The notes beneath the pieces were generated by a model, which was not told the DNA's origin, made no database searches, and was given only the letters and a program-made list of their open reading frames with translations. From Narcine bancroftii (taxonomy: Eukaryota), in NCBI RefSeq assembly GCF_036971445.1, contig NC_091471.1:235476001-235540000 (forward strand): 64,000 bases of DNA, in the 5' to 3' direction. Position 1 is the first letter of the stretch; every line of letters starts with the position of its first letter. A program made the position numbers and the translations under genes. Below, in pieces: positions 12,555 through 26,365 of this stretch.

Positions 12555-13184
12555 CCCCTGAGGGCTTGGAAGGGCCCTCCTGTGACATAGCCCCTCACCT
12601 GGCCTCGTTCCTCCCTCCATGCCTCTGCCCCCAGGCGGATCCTCAGCTAAACTTTCCCAGGACAGGCCCGATGTTGTGTCCCGGACAATGTCACTTCGCA
12701 GGGCCCCTCCAGAGTGGTGGGAGAAAGAATTCCGGGTTCTGCATTTGACCTGATCCCCCCCCCCCCCCCCCCCAGGCTCCATTTGGGGCCTAGATTCCCC
12801 CTCCACCCCGGCTCCATTCGGGTCCCAGATCCCCCCCCCCGCCCCCCCCGCGGCTCCATTTGGGGCCTAGTTCCCACCCCTTTTCCAAGGCTCTGTCAGG
12901 ACCTAGTTGCCACAGGGTCCAATCTTCCAATAAGGGCCAGGGTCCCTGCGGGCAGGAGAATCAAACCCAGGTTCCATATGTTGGGCCCCTGTGGGTGGCA
13001 GAAAAACTGCCCAGGCTCCTAGTGTCTTGAGCAGGAGTTGAGGCCTGGAGACCAAGGGGAAGGACTTCATCCCCAGGGTGGGCTCCCAGAATCCCTGTTC
13101 CACCCAGGAAGCAAAGAGATGGGAAGTCCAGGTTGGGTGGGGTTGTAAGGGGAGGGTATCGGGGAGAAGGGCACCGGTTTCTGC

Positions 13185-13190
13185 AATAAA
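13185..13190 (+). terminator. Probable MMGT1 polyadenylation signal
   Basis: AATAAA about 630 nt after the stop, followed by a GT-rich downstream element. Confidence 0.65.
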
Positions 13191-13349
13191 ACCAGGCTTC
13201 TCTGGTCCAACCTTGTGTCTGTGGGCGTGTGTACTCACTGCAGAGAACATTGCTTCATCTCCTCCCCAATCCTATCCCCCACTCTGCCCTCTCCTCCTCC
13301 CTTACCCACTCTCTTCCACTCCCTTCCCGGAGGGGACATTGCCAATGAT

Positions 13350-14760
13350 ATTCTCTACCTGGTCTCCCCAATCCCGCGATGTTCCCAATTAGATTTCCTG
13401 CCTGGTCTTCCCCCAATCCCTCAACATTCCCTGTCTCCCCCAATCCTGCGACATTCCTGATGAGATTCCCTACCTGGTCTCCCACAATCCCGCAACCTTC
13501 CTGATGAGATTCCTTGTCTCCCGCATCCTGCGATGTTCCCAATGAGATTCCTTACCTGGTTCCCCCAATCCCGTGATGTTCATGATGAAATTCCCTGTCT
13601 CTCCCATCCCTCGACATTCCCGATGAGATTCCCAACCTGCTCTCCTCCCATCCGTGACGTTCCCAATGAGATTCCCTGTCTGATCTCCCCCAATCCTGCA
13701 ACGTTCCCAGTGTTATTCCCTGCCTGATCTCCCCCAATCCTGTAACGTTCCCAATGAGATTCCCTGCCTGGTCTCCCCCAATCCCTCGATATTCCTGGTG
13801 AAATTCCCTGCCTGGTCTCCCGTGATATTCCCAGTGAGATTCCCTGCCTGGTCTCCCCCAATCCCTCAATATTCCCTGTGAAATTCCCTGCCTGGTCTCC
13901 TGCGTTATTCCCAGTGAAATTCCCTGCCTGGTCTCCCCCAATCCCTCGATATTCTCGGTGAGATTCTCTGCCTGGTCTCCCCCAATCCCTCGATATTCCC
14001 TGCCTGGTCTCCACCAATCCTGCGATATTCCCAGTGAGATTCCCTCCCTGCCTTGTCTCCCTCAATCCCGCGACATTTCAAGTGAGATTCCCTGCCTGTT
14101 GGGAGAGGTCGGGGCAGTGGGATCAGTGTGGGGTCCGACACAGGGCTGTGGGGAGAGAGTAGGGCAGTGGGAGAAGTGTGGAGACTGACATGGGGCTGTG
14201 GAGAGACAGCGGGGGTGTGGGATCAGTACGGGGACCAATACAGAACTGAGAAGAATGTGGGAAAGTGGGATCAGTGTGGGCAACAACATGGAGCTGTGGG
14301 GAGAGAGAGGGGCAGAGGGATCTGTGTCATGACTGACATGGGGCTGTTGGGAGAGAGTGAGACAGATCAGAGTGGGGACCGACACGGGGCTGTGGGATTA
14401 GTGAGGGGTCTGACACGGGGCTGTGGGGAGAGAGTGGGATCAGTGTGGGGACCAACGCGGGGCTGTGGGATCAATGTGGGGACCAACACGGGGCTGTGGG
14501 ATCAATGTGGGGACCGACATGGGGCTGTGGGATCGATGTGGGGACTGACACGGGGCTGTGGGATCAGTGAGGGGACTGACATGTGGCAGTGGGGAGAGAG
14601 TGGGATCAGTGTGGGGACCAACATGAGGCTGAGGGATCAGTGTGGGGACTGACACGGGGCTGTGGGGAGAGAGTGGGGATCGACATGACTGGGGAGCATG
14701 GGGCAGAGGGATTTGTGTCATGACTGACATGGGATCTGTATGGGGGCCAATACAGGGCTG
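13350..14760. repeat. Two adjacent minisatellites (gagattccctgcctggtctcccccaatccc... to ~14100; gggatcagtgtggggaccgacacggggctgt after)
   Basis: Tandem degenerate units visible directly. Confidence 0.85.
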
Positions 14761-14949
14761 TATTCTGTTTCGATGTGTGATTTTTCGACTTGCGATTGTT
14801 TTTTGGAACGCAACCTCATCATAAGTAGAGGAATGTTGTCATCTGCTTGAACGTGTCAAACCTGATGAAACAGCTTTCTCTGGTCCATGCAGGACAAGCA
14901 TTTAATCTGTACAAATAAATACCTGCTTATATAAATAGTCTTGGAGGGT

Positions 14950-17560
14950 TAGTGTGAGCAACTCCTATGGTCATTCATCATTCTCGCTGCCTATGGGAAG
15001 AACCTGTTCCTCAGCTTGATGGTGCTGTCTCAGATTCTCCTTTATCTCTTCCCCTGACGGGAGCAGCTGAAAGACACCATATACGGGGAGGAGTGGAAGG
15101 GGGCCTCAGCGATTCTGCACGGCCTCTTCAGACAACGATCCCAGTAGATCACATCGGTGGGTGGCTGGGGGGGGCGGGTGCTATTTTCCAGTGATCCTCT
15201 CGGCCACTCTTCTGCTCCTGTGGATTGATGTCTGATCCATTTCTCTGCAGCAACTGTACTACACGGCGATGCAGCCAGCCAGGCCACTCTCGATAGAGCT
15301 CCTGTAGAAGGTTGACGTGACGGTGGCCAGTTGCCTTGCCCACTCCAGTCTTCTCAGGAAGTGCAGTCGTGGCACCTTCCTGACAGGTGAGGAGGTGCTG
15401 AGTGTCTGCCAAAGGTCACTAGTTCAGTGAACTCCAAGGAACTTGGTTTCTCCATTCTCTCCACTACAGAGTTGTTAATGTGGAGGGTAGTCGTTTCTGG
15501 TCCAGCTGAAGTCCACGATTGTCTCCATCTTGTCCAAGTTGAGACGCAGGTTCCTCTCACACCATTATCCCCCTCTAGTGCGATTCGTTGCTTATGAGGT
15601 GAACGACTTGTGTGATCTGAAAAGGTGACAAGGCTGTTGGAGCTGGACCTGGTGATGGTTATTGTGGGCTGGCAGCGTGAATAGGAGCGGGCCAAGCACA
15701 CAGCCCTGAGATCAGCTGGAGAATTTTTCGTCACAAGTTCCAAAATTCAATGTTTTGCTCAGCATTACAAATGCAAAAATAGTCTAAATACATTTTAAAA
15801 ATAAATACATTGGTGCAAACGACAAAGCAGAGGTGCTGAGCGAAGCAATCTCGCAGTCTGCATCTAGTCTCTCTAATATAAAGGAATCCACAGCGGGAGC
15901 ACCAGATGCAGTCAATGACCCCTGCAGATTCACAAACAAAGTGCTGCTTCCCAGTGCTGACACCTCGATCCGGAGTGGGTCGTTTCCCTGATTGTGTCCT
16001 CCAATCACAAAGGTGGCTCACCAGAGGCTAGACTCTGTGAGGGGTCTGAGGAGGTTCGGTCTGTCACCGAAGACTCCTGTAAACCTCTACAGATGGACCA
16101 TGGAGAGCATTCTGGCCAGTTGTATCACTGCCTGGTACAGAGGTACTAACTCAGGACAAGAATAAACTCTAGAGGGTTGTTAACTTGCCTTGCGACATCA
16201 AGGACTTTGACATGAGGCATGGTCTTCAAAAAGCAGCCTCTATCCTCAAATCCCCCACCCCTCAAGCCATGCCCTCTTCACTCTGCTACCATCGGGGAAA
16301 GGGTCCAGGAGCCCAAAGATGAGCATCACTGTCACGAGGACAGCTTCTTCCCCGCTGCCACCAGATTCCAGAATGATCTATGAACCACAGACACACCCTT
16401 TACTTTGACTTTCCACAGCAATTCGCCTATTGACACAATCGCTCCACAGCAGATGCAGTATCGCTGGCTCTCCACAGCTCTGGATCACCTCTAAAACAAC
16501 AACTCAGACACACGACTGCTCTTCATCGATGACAGAAGCATTAATGGCCTTCAACACCATTATTCCCTCAGTGCTGGTCAACAAGTTCCAAACCCTGGCC
16601 CTCTGCAACTGGATCCTTGAGTTCCTCATTGGAGACCACGGTCAGTACGATTTGGAAACTGTCTCCTCCTTACTGACAACCAACACAGACGCCCCCCCCC
16701 CCCCCCCCCCCCCCCCAAGGCTCTGTGCTTACCCCACTGCTTTACTCGTTAAACACCCACAACTGTGTGGCCGGGCACAATTCCAATGCCATCTATAAGT
16801 TTGCCGATGACTCCACGGTCATCGGCAGAATCACAGATGGCAACGAGGAAGGGTACAGGATCAGCTTGTTGAATGGGGTCACGACAACAACCTTCCTCTC
16901 AACATCAGAAAAACCAAAGAGATGATTGTGGACATCAGGAGGGAGTCGGGGAACACGTCCCAGTCCTCATCGATGGCTTGGTAATGGAGAAGGTCACAAA
17001 CTTCAAATCCCTGGGGGTAAATATATCCAAAGATCTGTCCTGGACCCTCCACATTGATGCAATCGAAAGGAAGGCTCATCAGTGGCGAGACTTTGTGAAG
17101 GGGTCTGAGGAGATTCGGTCTGTCACCGAAGTCTCTCGTAAATCTCGACAGGTGGACCGTGGAGAACATTCTGGCTCATTTTATCACTATCTGGTACAGA
17201 GGCGCCAACTCTCAGGACAAGAATAAACTCCAGAGGGTTGTTAACTCGGTCTGTGACATCACGGGCACCAGACTTCACTCCATCGAGGACACCGACATGA
17301 GGCAGGGTTTTCAAAAAGGAGCCTCTCTCCTCAAAGACCCCACAACCCAGGCCATGCCCTCTTCCCCAGTGGGGAAAAAGGTCCAGGAGCCTAAAGACAG
17401 CTTCTTCCTCGCTGCCACCAAATTCTGGAATGATCCATGAACCAAAGGCACTGCCTGGCTTTTCGTGCACTGTTATTTTTATAATGTAAGATTGCTCTAT
17501 AACGCTGCTGCAAAACACCAAATTTCGTGACTTGTTCATGACAATAAATGCTGATTCTGA
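14950..17560. mobile_element. Cluster of Rex1/Babar-type LINE fragments (minus ~14950-15720; plus ~16020-16400 and ~16420-17560) with a Penelope-like GIY-YIG fragment (~15815-15965, minus)
   Basis: AFNTIIPSVLVNK..LCNWILEFL and IYKFADDSTVIGRITDGNEEGY (Rex1-type RT); FVCESAGVI.CIWCSRCG.LYI.ET...L...F.QHL (GIY-YIG). Confidence 0.8.
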
Positions 17561-18009
17561 TTCTCTCCCTCTTGAAGTCCACAACTAGTTCCTTGGGCTT
17601 GCCAACACTAAGTGCAAGGTTGTTGATGTGACCATTTATTGATTAAATTCAGCACAGGGTGCTGTCGTGAGGCCCGGAGAATGCCATTTTGTTGGGCCTG
17701 TCTTACGTAAACTTATACCTCTCATTTTGTTTGTTTTAGATTGGTCACAGTGTTTGAGCTACCGAAAGAAAATAGACACACACACCGAGAACAGTTCAGT
17801 TTAAACAAATGTTTATTACAAATTCAAAAACTGATTTCACACTACAATATGTAAGCCCTTCCCAACTATACTTATCAATGCTTGGACTGGTCCCAACTGC
17901 CGAAGCGAGGCAACGACTGCACACTTGTAGTAGGTTGTCAGGGTGCCGGTAGCAGCTTCTCCACCTCCCCTGACCGGGACGTTGCTCAGACTCTGGCTGT
18001 TCTTCCTTC

Positions 18010-21000
18010 TTTTTTTAAATTTTTTATTTTTCACACTATAAACCACATTGATCAAGATACATACATTTTCCTTTTCAAATATATACAGTGTCGTTTTCTC
18101 CCCCCCCTCTTCCCATCCCACCCTCCCTACCTCCCCTCCCATTCATTTAAAGTTCAGAATCTAAAATACATTAAACCCGTCAAACAATGTTGTCACTCAA
18201 TAAAAACAAACAAGAATTTCCACTGAGTCAATTCTTTTCATTCCCTTCTCCTTCTGTCATTTTAGGTGGTAGATGTCCCCGGTAGGTTTTCTCTATTGTG
18301 TTTCATGTATAGCTCCCATAGTTGTTCAAATATTGTAATATTATTTCTTAAATTATATGTTATTTTTTCTAATGGAATACATTTATTCATTTCTATATAC
18401 CATTGTTGTATTCTCAAGTTATCTTCTAATTTCCAGGCTGACATAATACATTTTTTTTGCTACAGCTAGGGCTATCCTAACAAATCTTTTTTTGTGCACC
18501 ATCCAAATCAAGTCCAAATTCTTTGTTTTTTATGTCACTGAGGAGGAAGATATCTGGGTTTTTTGGTATATTACTTTTTGTGATTTTATTTAATATCTGG
18601 TTTAGATCTTCCCAAAATTTTTTCACTTTCTCGCATATCCAGATTGCATGAATTGTTGTTCCCATTTCCTTTTTACAGCGAAAACATCTGTCAGATACTG
18701 TTGGGTCCCATTTATTTAACCTTTGAGGTGTAATATATAGCCTGTGTATCCAGTTATATTGTATCATACGTAACCTCGTATTTATTGTATTTCCCATAGT
18801 TCCTGAGCATAACTTCTCCCATGTTTCATTCTTTATGTTTAGATCTTGTTCCCATTTTTGTTTAGTTTTACTATTTGTTTCCTCATTCTCCTTTTCTTGT
18901 AGTTTAATATACATGTTTGTTATACATATTTTGATTATCATTGTGTTTGTAATCACATATTCAAAATTAATTCCCTCTGGTAACCTCAGACTGCTTCCCA
19001 ATTTGTCCTTCAAGTAGGATTTCAGTTGGTAGTATGCCAACACTGTATCGTGAGTTATATTATATTTATCCTTCATTTGTTCAAAGGATAATAATTTATT
19101 TCCTGAAAAGCAATTTTCTATTCTTTTGATCCCTTTTTTCTCCTATTCTCTAAAGGAAAGGTTATCTATTGTAAAAGGGATTAGCTGATTTTGCGTCAGG
19201 ATTAGTTTTGGTAGTTGATAATTTGTTTTATTCCTTTCTACATGAATCTTCTTCCAAATATTGAGCAGATGATGTAATACTGGAGAATTCCAACGTTGTA
19301 CCAATTTTTCATCCCATTTATATAATATATGTTTGGGTATCTTCTCCCCTCTTTTATCTAGTTCTAATCTAGTCCAATCTGGCTTTTCCCTTGTTTGATA
19401 AAAATCTGATAGGTATCTTAATTGTGCGGATCAATAATAATTTTTAAAGTTTAGCAGTTGTAAGCCTCCTTGTTTATACCATTCTGTTAATTTATCTAGT
19501 GCTATCCTCGGTTTCCCCCCTTTCCATAAAAATTTCCTTATTATTTTCTTTAACTCCTTGAAGAATTTCTCCGTCAAGTGTATTGGCAATGCCTGAAATA
19601 GGTATTGTATCCTTGGGAAAATGTTCATTTTAATACAGTTTATCCTTCATATTAGTGTTAGTGGTTAGTCTTTCCAATACTCTAAGTCGTCCTGTAATTT
19701 TTTTCATTAGTGGATAATAATTGAGTTTATATAGATGGCCGAGGTTTTTATTTATTTGTATATCTAGGTATCGTATTGCTTGCATTTGCCATCTGAATGG
19801 TGATTCTTTCTTAAATTTTGAGAAATCCGCATTATTCATTGGCATTGCTTCAATTTTATTTGCGTTATTCTTGTATCCCGACACTTCTCCATATTCCTTC
19901 AATTTCTTATGTAATTCTTTTATTGATATTTCTGGTTCTGTTAAATATACTATAATGTCATCTGCAAATAAACAGATTTTATATTCCTTATCTTTTATTT
20001 TTATCCCTTTTATTTTATTTTCTGTTCTTATCAGTTCTGCTAGTGGTTCTATGGCTAACGCGAACAATAAGGGCGATAGTGGGCATCCCTGCCTTGTTGA
20101 TCTGCTAAATTTAAATTGTTTTGAAATATAGCCATTTACTGTCACTTTCGCCAATGGCCACTTATATAATGTTTTAATCCAATTAATATATTTCTCTGGT
20201 AAATTGAATTTTTGTAGTACTTTGAATAAATAATTCCATTCTAAGGCCTTCTCTGCGTCTAAAGCCACCGCTACTGTTGGAGCTTTATTTCCTTCTACTG
20301 CATGAATTAAGTTAATAAATTTACAAATATTGTCTGTTGTTCGTCTTTTTTTAATAAATCCAGTTTGGTCTAGATTTACTATTTTTGGTACATAGTCGGC
20401 TAATCTGTTTGCTAATAGTTTAGCTATTACCTTATAATCTGTGTTAGGTAAAGATATTGGTCTACATGATGCTGGTGCGAGTGGATCTTTCCCTGTCTTT
20501 GGTATTACTGGTGTTTTATTATTCGGTAGTTTTTTTATTATCTCTTGTATTTCTACTATTTCAAATGGTTCTGTTAATTTATTTTGTTCCTCTATTTGTA
20601 ATTTCGGTAGTTCAATTTTTGTTAAAAATTCATCTATTTTGTCTTCTTTCCCTTGGTTTTGAGTTTGGTATCATTGTTCGTAGAATTCTCTGAAGTTTTC
20701 ATTAATCTCCGTTGGATTATATGTGATTTGTTTGTCTTTTTTCCTTGATGCCAATACCATTCTCTTAGTTTGTTCTGTCTTAAGCTGCCATGCTAGAATT
20801 TTGTGTGTTTTTTCTCCTAGTTCATAATATTTCTGTTTTGTCTTCATTATGTTCTTCTCCACCTTATATGTTTGTAGTGTTTCATATTTTATTTTTTTAT
20901 CTGCCAATTCTCTTCTTTTAGTTGTGTCTTCCTTCATTGCTAATTCTTTTTCTATATTTGCTATTTCCCTTTCCAACTGCTCTGCTTCCTGATTGTAGTC

Positions 21001-22292
21001 CTTCTTCATCTTGGTTACAAAACTTATTATTTGCCCTCTGATGAACGCTTTCATTGCGTCCCATAGTATAAACTTATCTTTCACTGATTCCGTATTTATT
21101 TCAAAGTACATTTTAATTTGTCTTTCAATGAATTCTCTAAAATCCTGCCTTTTAAGTAGCATGGAGTTTAATCTCCAGCTCTACATTCTTGGATGGATGT
21201 CCTCTAACTCTATTGTCAATATCAGGGGTGAGTGGTCCGATAATATTCTAGCTTTGTATTCTGTTTTTCTAACTCTGTCTTGCATGCGAGCTGATAACAG
21301 GAATAGGTCTATTCTTGAGTATGTTTTTTGTCTACCCGAATAATATGAATATTCCTTTTCCTTTGGGTGTTGTTTCCTCCATATATCCAAAAGTTGCATT
21401 TCTTGCATCGATTTAATTATAAATTTGGTTACTTTGTTCTTTCTGTTAATTTTTTCCCAGTTTTATCCATGTTTGAATCCAAATTAAGGTTGAAATCCCC
21501 TCCTATTAGTATGTTCCCTTGCATATCTGCTATCTTTAAAGATATCTTGCATAAATTTTTGATCTTCTTCATTAGGTGAATATACATTGAGTAAGTTCCA
21601 AAATTCAGAATATATCTGACATTTTATCATTACATATCTCCCTGCTGGATCTATTATTTCCTCTTCTATTTTAATTGGTACATTTTTACTGATTAATATA
21701 GCTACTCCTCTAGCTTTTGAATTATATGACGCTGCTGTTACATGTCCTATCCAATCTCTCTTTAATTTCTTGTGCTCCATTTCAGTTAAGTGTGTTTCTT
21801 GCACGAATGCTATATCAATTTTTTCTTTTTTCAGTAAATTTAGCAGTTTCTTCCTTTTTATTTGGTTTTGTATTCCGTTAATATTTTAAGTCATATAGTT
21901 CAACATAGCCATTTCATACTTTGTTTATCTTTCCTTTCCGTTTCCTCATCACCTTTCCTTCTTATCCATTTCAGCTTTCTTGTTTTGAACACTTTATAAG
22001 ACATTTCTAAAACATCAAACATTTCCCTTATTCTCCTATCTAAAATTTCTTTAACCCCACTATCCCCTCCCCTTCGTGAGTTGCCCTTTATCCCTTGTCG
22101 GACAACCACATCTCCCCTCTCCATTTGGATTTGTGAATTCACTCGCAAGCGTCAACTGATTTTGTTGTGACCATAACTCCTCCCCACCCAGCCCCCCCCC
22201 AGAAAAGATTTCAATTTTCATATATAACAAAGGTCACTCTCTTAATTCCCTCCTTACTTCCTCTCTTCCCTTTCTTTCCCTTATTAATTCTT
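18010..22292 (-). mobile_element. L1-clade LINE, ORF2 (EN-RT-CCHC) plus inter-ORF region, frameshifted, lacking ORF1
   Basis: QETHL, YSRIDLFL, ALDAEKA, RQGCPLSPLLF, LFADD, C..C...H..W.C motifs; A-rich 3' tail at ~18010-18030. Confidence 0.93.
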
Positions 22293-22310
22293 CAAATACG
22301 CATACACTCG

Positions 22311-25072
22311 GGAGGAGTCATGTGATGGAGTAGTGGCCGGACGGTGAACTCCAACCCTCTCCAGAAAAGTCGGGAAAAACAAGAGAAAATACAAAGGCAC
22401 AGAAATAAAAGTTAAAGAAAAGTGAGTATAAAGGTGGAAAGAAGATGGCGACAAAAAAAGAAAAATCAAAATCAACGGTAAGAAGAGAGGAAGAGAAGAC
22501 AACGGAGGAAGAAAGAGAAGGCCTTACCTGTCTGAAGAGGCCCGCTGTGGAGAGAGAAGCCCGCTTCCTCAGGTCGGTAGAAATAGAACTACAACAATGG
22601 CTCGCAGAGCCGAGTAAAAGTGCGCAACTGCGCATGCGCATGAAAAAAAACACACCGACGGGAGGGGGGACCAGCTGGGGAGTCGATCTCCACAGCCGGC
22701 AACGACAGCTGCAGAACATCTGCAGCAAGAAGAGACCACAGAAAACAATGAAAACAAGAAAGAAGAGGAGGAAAGGGCAACAAAGAAACAACAGATGGCC
22801 AACCCAGAGGAAGAAGAAGAGGAAGAATACAGTGAAATAGATGAAGGGAAAGGCAAGGTAAATGATATACTTTCTCTTGTTAGAGGATACATGGAGTCAT
22901 TTAAAGAATGGCAAACACAGGAATTCAATGATTTAAGAAGAAGAATAAACAACACAGAAGAGAAAGTGAATAAAATAGATATGACCTTAACAGAAATGGG
23001 GGAAAAAATGGACAAGATGGAAGAACGGGCAGTAGCAGCAGAAATGGAGGTAGAAGACTTAAAAAAGAAATTGGAGGAATCTAATAAAAAAACTAAAGAG
23101 ACACAAGAACTACTAGCTCAAAAAATAGATATAATGGAAAATTATAACAGAAGAAATAACATAAAGATAGTGGGCCTTAAGGAAGATGAAGAAGGCAAGA
23201 ATATGAGGGAGTTTATAAAAGAGTGGATCCCTAAGACCCTAGGATGTCCAGAACTACAGCAAGAAATGGAAATAGAAAGGGCACATAGAGCATTGGCCTC
23301 TAAACCACAACCACAACAAAAACCAAGATCTATTGTAGTAAAATTCCTAAGATATACTACAAGAGAAAAGGTACTGGAGAAGACAATGGAAAAAGTAAGA
23401 GAGGGCAACAAACCACTGGAGTATAAAGGGCAAAAAATCTTCATTTATCCAGATATAAGTTTTGAACTCCTAAAGAAGAGAAAAGAGTTCAATACAGCAA
23501 AGGCGATTTTATGGAAGAAAGGGTATAAATTTATACTGAAGCATCCTGCGGTATTGAAAATATTTATTCCAGGACAACAAAACAGACTGTTCTCGGATCC
23601 AGAAGAAGCACGAAAATTTGCAGAACAATTACAAAAATAGACTGAGGGATGAAGACGGGTAATGAGAGTAAAAATGATCACGATTGATATGTATGTGGTT
23701 AAAGACAAAAATAGACTGAGGGATTAAGACGGGTAATGAGGGTAAAAATGACCACGATTGATATGTATGCGGGTAAAGAGGTATAAGAGTGAATAGAGAC
23801 AATGGGCATACGTGAAAGTATCTGTAATTAGAGGAAAACATAGATAGTATAGACAAGAATTAATAAGGGAAGGTAATGGAATAGAGAGAAAAAGGAGGGA
23901 ATTAAAAGAGTGACCTTTGTGGCATGAAAAGTGAAATCTTTTCTGGGGGGGCTGGGTGGGGGAAAAGAGCGGTCACTGCAAAATCAGTTGACGCTTGCGA
24001 GTGGATTCGCAAATCCAAATGGAGAGGGGAGATGTGGTTGTCCGACAAAGGATAAAGGACAACTCAGGAGGGGAAGGGGAGATTGGGGATAAAGAAGATA
24101 GAAATAGGAGAACAAGGAAAATGTTGGATGTTGTAGGAATGTTGTCTGGTAAAGAGTTGAAAATAAGAAAACAGAAATGGAAAAGGAGGAAAGGTAATGA
24201 TGGAAAAACGGAAAGAGAAGATGAACAAAATATAAAATGGCTACGCTGAACTATATGACTTTAAATATTAATGAATACATCACCAAATTAAAAGGAAGAA
24301 ACTACTAAATTTACTGAAAAAGGAAAAAATTGATATAGCATTTGTCCAAGAAACACACTTAACTGAATTGGAGCACAAGAAATTAAAGAGAGATTGGGTA
24401 GGACATGTAACAGCAGCATCGTATAATTCAAAAGCAAGAGGAGTGGCTATATTAATTAGCAAAAATGTGCCATTTAAAATAGAAGAGGAAATAATAGATC
24501 CAGCAGGGAGATATGTTATGATAAAATGTCAGATATATTCGGAGCTTTGGAATCTACTTAATATATATTCACCTAACGAAGAAGATCAAAAGTTTATGCA
24601 AGATATCTTTTTGAAGGTAGCTAATACGCAAGGGAACATACTAATAGGAGGGGATTTCAATCTGAATTTGGATCCAAATATGGATAAAACGGGGAAAAAA
24701 ATTAACAGGAAGAACAAAGTAACCAAATTTATAATTAAATCAATGCAAGAAATGAAACTTGTGGACATATGGAGGAAACAAAACCCAAAAGAAAAGGAAT
24801 ACTCATACTACTCGACTAGACATAAAACATACTCAAGAATAGACCTATTTTTGTTATCAGCTAGTATGCAAGATAGAGTAAGAAAAACAGAATATAAAGC
24901 GAGAATGCTATCGGACCATTCACCCTTAATACTGACAGGAAAGCTAGAGAACATCCCTCCAAGAATGTATAGATGGAGATTAAACCCCATGCTACTTAAA
25001 AGACAGGATTTTAGAGAATTTATTGAAAAACAATTAAAAATGTATTTTGAAGTAAATACGGAATCAGTGGAA
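22311..25072 (+). mobile_element. L1-clade LINE 5' portion (5'UTR, ORF1, endonuclease start), cut by N gap
   Basis: 5' end ggaggagtcatgtgatggagtag shared with the copy ending at 51984; ORF1 and APE endonuclease (ATG 24237, IGGDFN, SDHSP). Confidence 0.93.
22795..23640 (+). CDS. L1 ORF1p (coiled coil-RRM-CTD)
   Basis: ENYNRRNNIKIVGLKE, EIERAHR, PRSIVVKF, IFIYPDIS motifs. Confidence 0.88.
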   Translation: MANPEEEEEEEYSEIDEGKGKVNDILSLVRGYMESFKEWQTQEFNDLRRRINNTEEKVNKIDMTLTEMGEKMDKMEERAVAAEMEVEDLKKKLEESNKKTKETQELLAQKIDIMENYNRRNNIKIVGLKEDEEGKNMREFIKEWIPKTLGCPELQQEMEIERAHRALASKPQPQQKPRSIVVKFLRYTTREKVLEKTMEKVREGNKPLEYKGQKIFIYPDISFELLKKRKEFNTAKAILWKKGYKFILKHPAVLKIFIPGQQNRLFSDPEEARKFAEQLQK

Positions 25073-26049
25073 NNNNNNNNNNNNNNNNNNNNNNNNNNNN
25101 NNNNNNNNNNNNNNNNNNNNNNNNNNNNNNNNNNNNNNNNNNNNNNNNNNNNNNNNNNNNNNNNNNNNNNNNTCTCCACACTGTTCCCTTTTCTCGTTTC
25201 CTCCCTCCCCTTACCCCTCACTCTCTCTCCATGAACTCCTCTTCGCTTCCCCTCCCGCACCTCCTCCACTCCACCATGACCCCGGGATTAGAGAGGTGGG
25301 GGGAATCAGCCAGCATTCCTGCTCCCCGTCACTGCCCAGTGACCCCGGGGGTTAGAGATGGAGGGAGGATCAGCCAGGGTTTGTGCTCCCTGTCACTGCC
25401 AGTGACTCTGGGTTAGAGGGGAGGAGGTGGAAATCAGCCAGGGTTACTGGTCTAGGTCAATGTCCAGCGATCCCTGAATTAGAGAGTGGGGGTGGGGGGG
25501 TGGGAGGGGGGGGGCGGAGAAATCAGCCAGGGTCCCTGATTCCCATCACTGCCCAGTGACCCCGGGGTTAGAAAGAGGGGGAAATCTGCCAGGGTTCCTC
25601 ATCCCTGTCACTGCCCAGTGACGCAAGGGTTAATAGTTGGGGACAAAACAGAAGATCTGATACCCTGTAATGAAACTTTTCTGTCATTAATTGATAAATT
25701 TTGTAAAATGTCACCCTCTTGATTTCGGGCTCTTGCTTGTCACTACTGGTTTCCCTGATCCCACCCCTCCCCCTGTCTTCCCCCCCCCCCCACTCCCCCT
25801 CTTTCACACCCCCCTCTCTCTCTCCCCTTTTCTGTCCCCCTCCCTCTCCCCCTTCCTGTCCCACTCCCTCTCACCCCTTCCTCTCCCCCCCTCTCTCCAA
25901 TCCCTCTCCCCTACCCCCTCTTCTCCTCACCCTCTTTCCATCTCCCCTCCTCTTCCCTCTTCCCCACCCTCTCCCCCACACTCTCCCCCTCCCTCTCCCC
26001 CTCCCACTCCCCCTCCCTCTCCCCCTCCCTCTCCCCCTCCCTCTCCCCC

Positions 26050-26365
26050 TCCCCCTCCCTCTCGCCCCCCTCCCTCTCGCCCCCCTCCCTCTCGCCCCCT
26101 CCCTCTCGCCCCCTCCCTCTCGCCCCCTCCCTCTCGCCCCTCCCTCTCGCCCCCTCCCTCTCGCCCCCTCCCTCTCGCCCCCTCCCTCTCGCCCCCTCCC
26201 TCTCGCCCCTCCCTCTCGCCCCCTCCCTCTCGCCCCCTCCCTCTCGCCCCCTCCCTCTCGCCCCCTCCCTCTCGCCCCCTCCCTCTCGCCCCCTCCCTCT
26301 CGCCCCCTCCCTCTCGCCCCCTCCCTCTCGCCCCCTCCCTCTCGCCCCCTCCCTCTCGCCCCCTC
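26050..26365. repeat. 14-bp tandem repeat (ccctctcgccccct) within a ~850-bp pyrimidine tract
   Basis: About 22 near-perfect copies upstream of KDELR1 exon 2. Confidence 0.9.

Noticed and set aside
22318-22791. Antisense 5'UTR ORF in both L1 copies (also 51511-51978) with a cag|gtaagg donor, ORF0-like
   Set aside because: Non-ATG starts and composition dictated by the purine-rich sense strand; shared by descent; no independent support.
18010-25072. Head-to-head L1 halves as a twin-priming inversion
   Set aside because: Both halves contain the inter-ORF region and endonuclease, with diverged sequence, so they are two separate elements.
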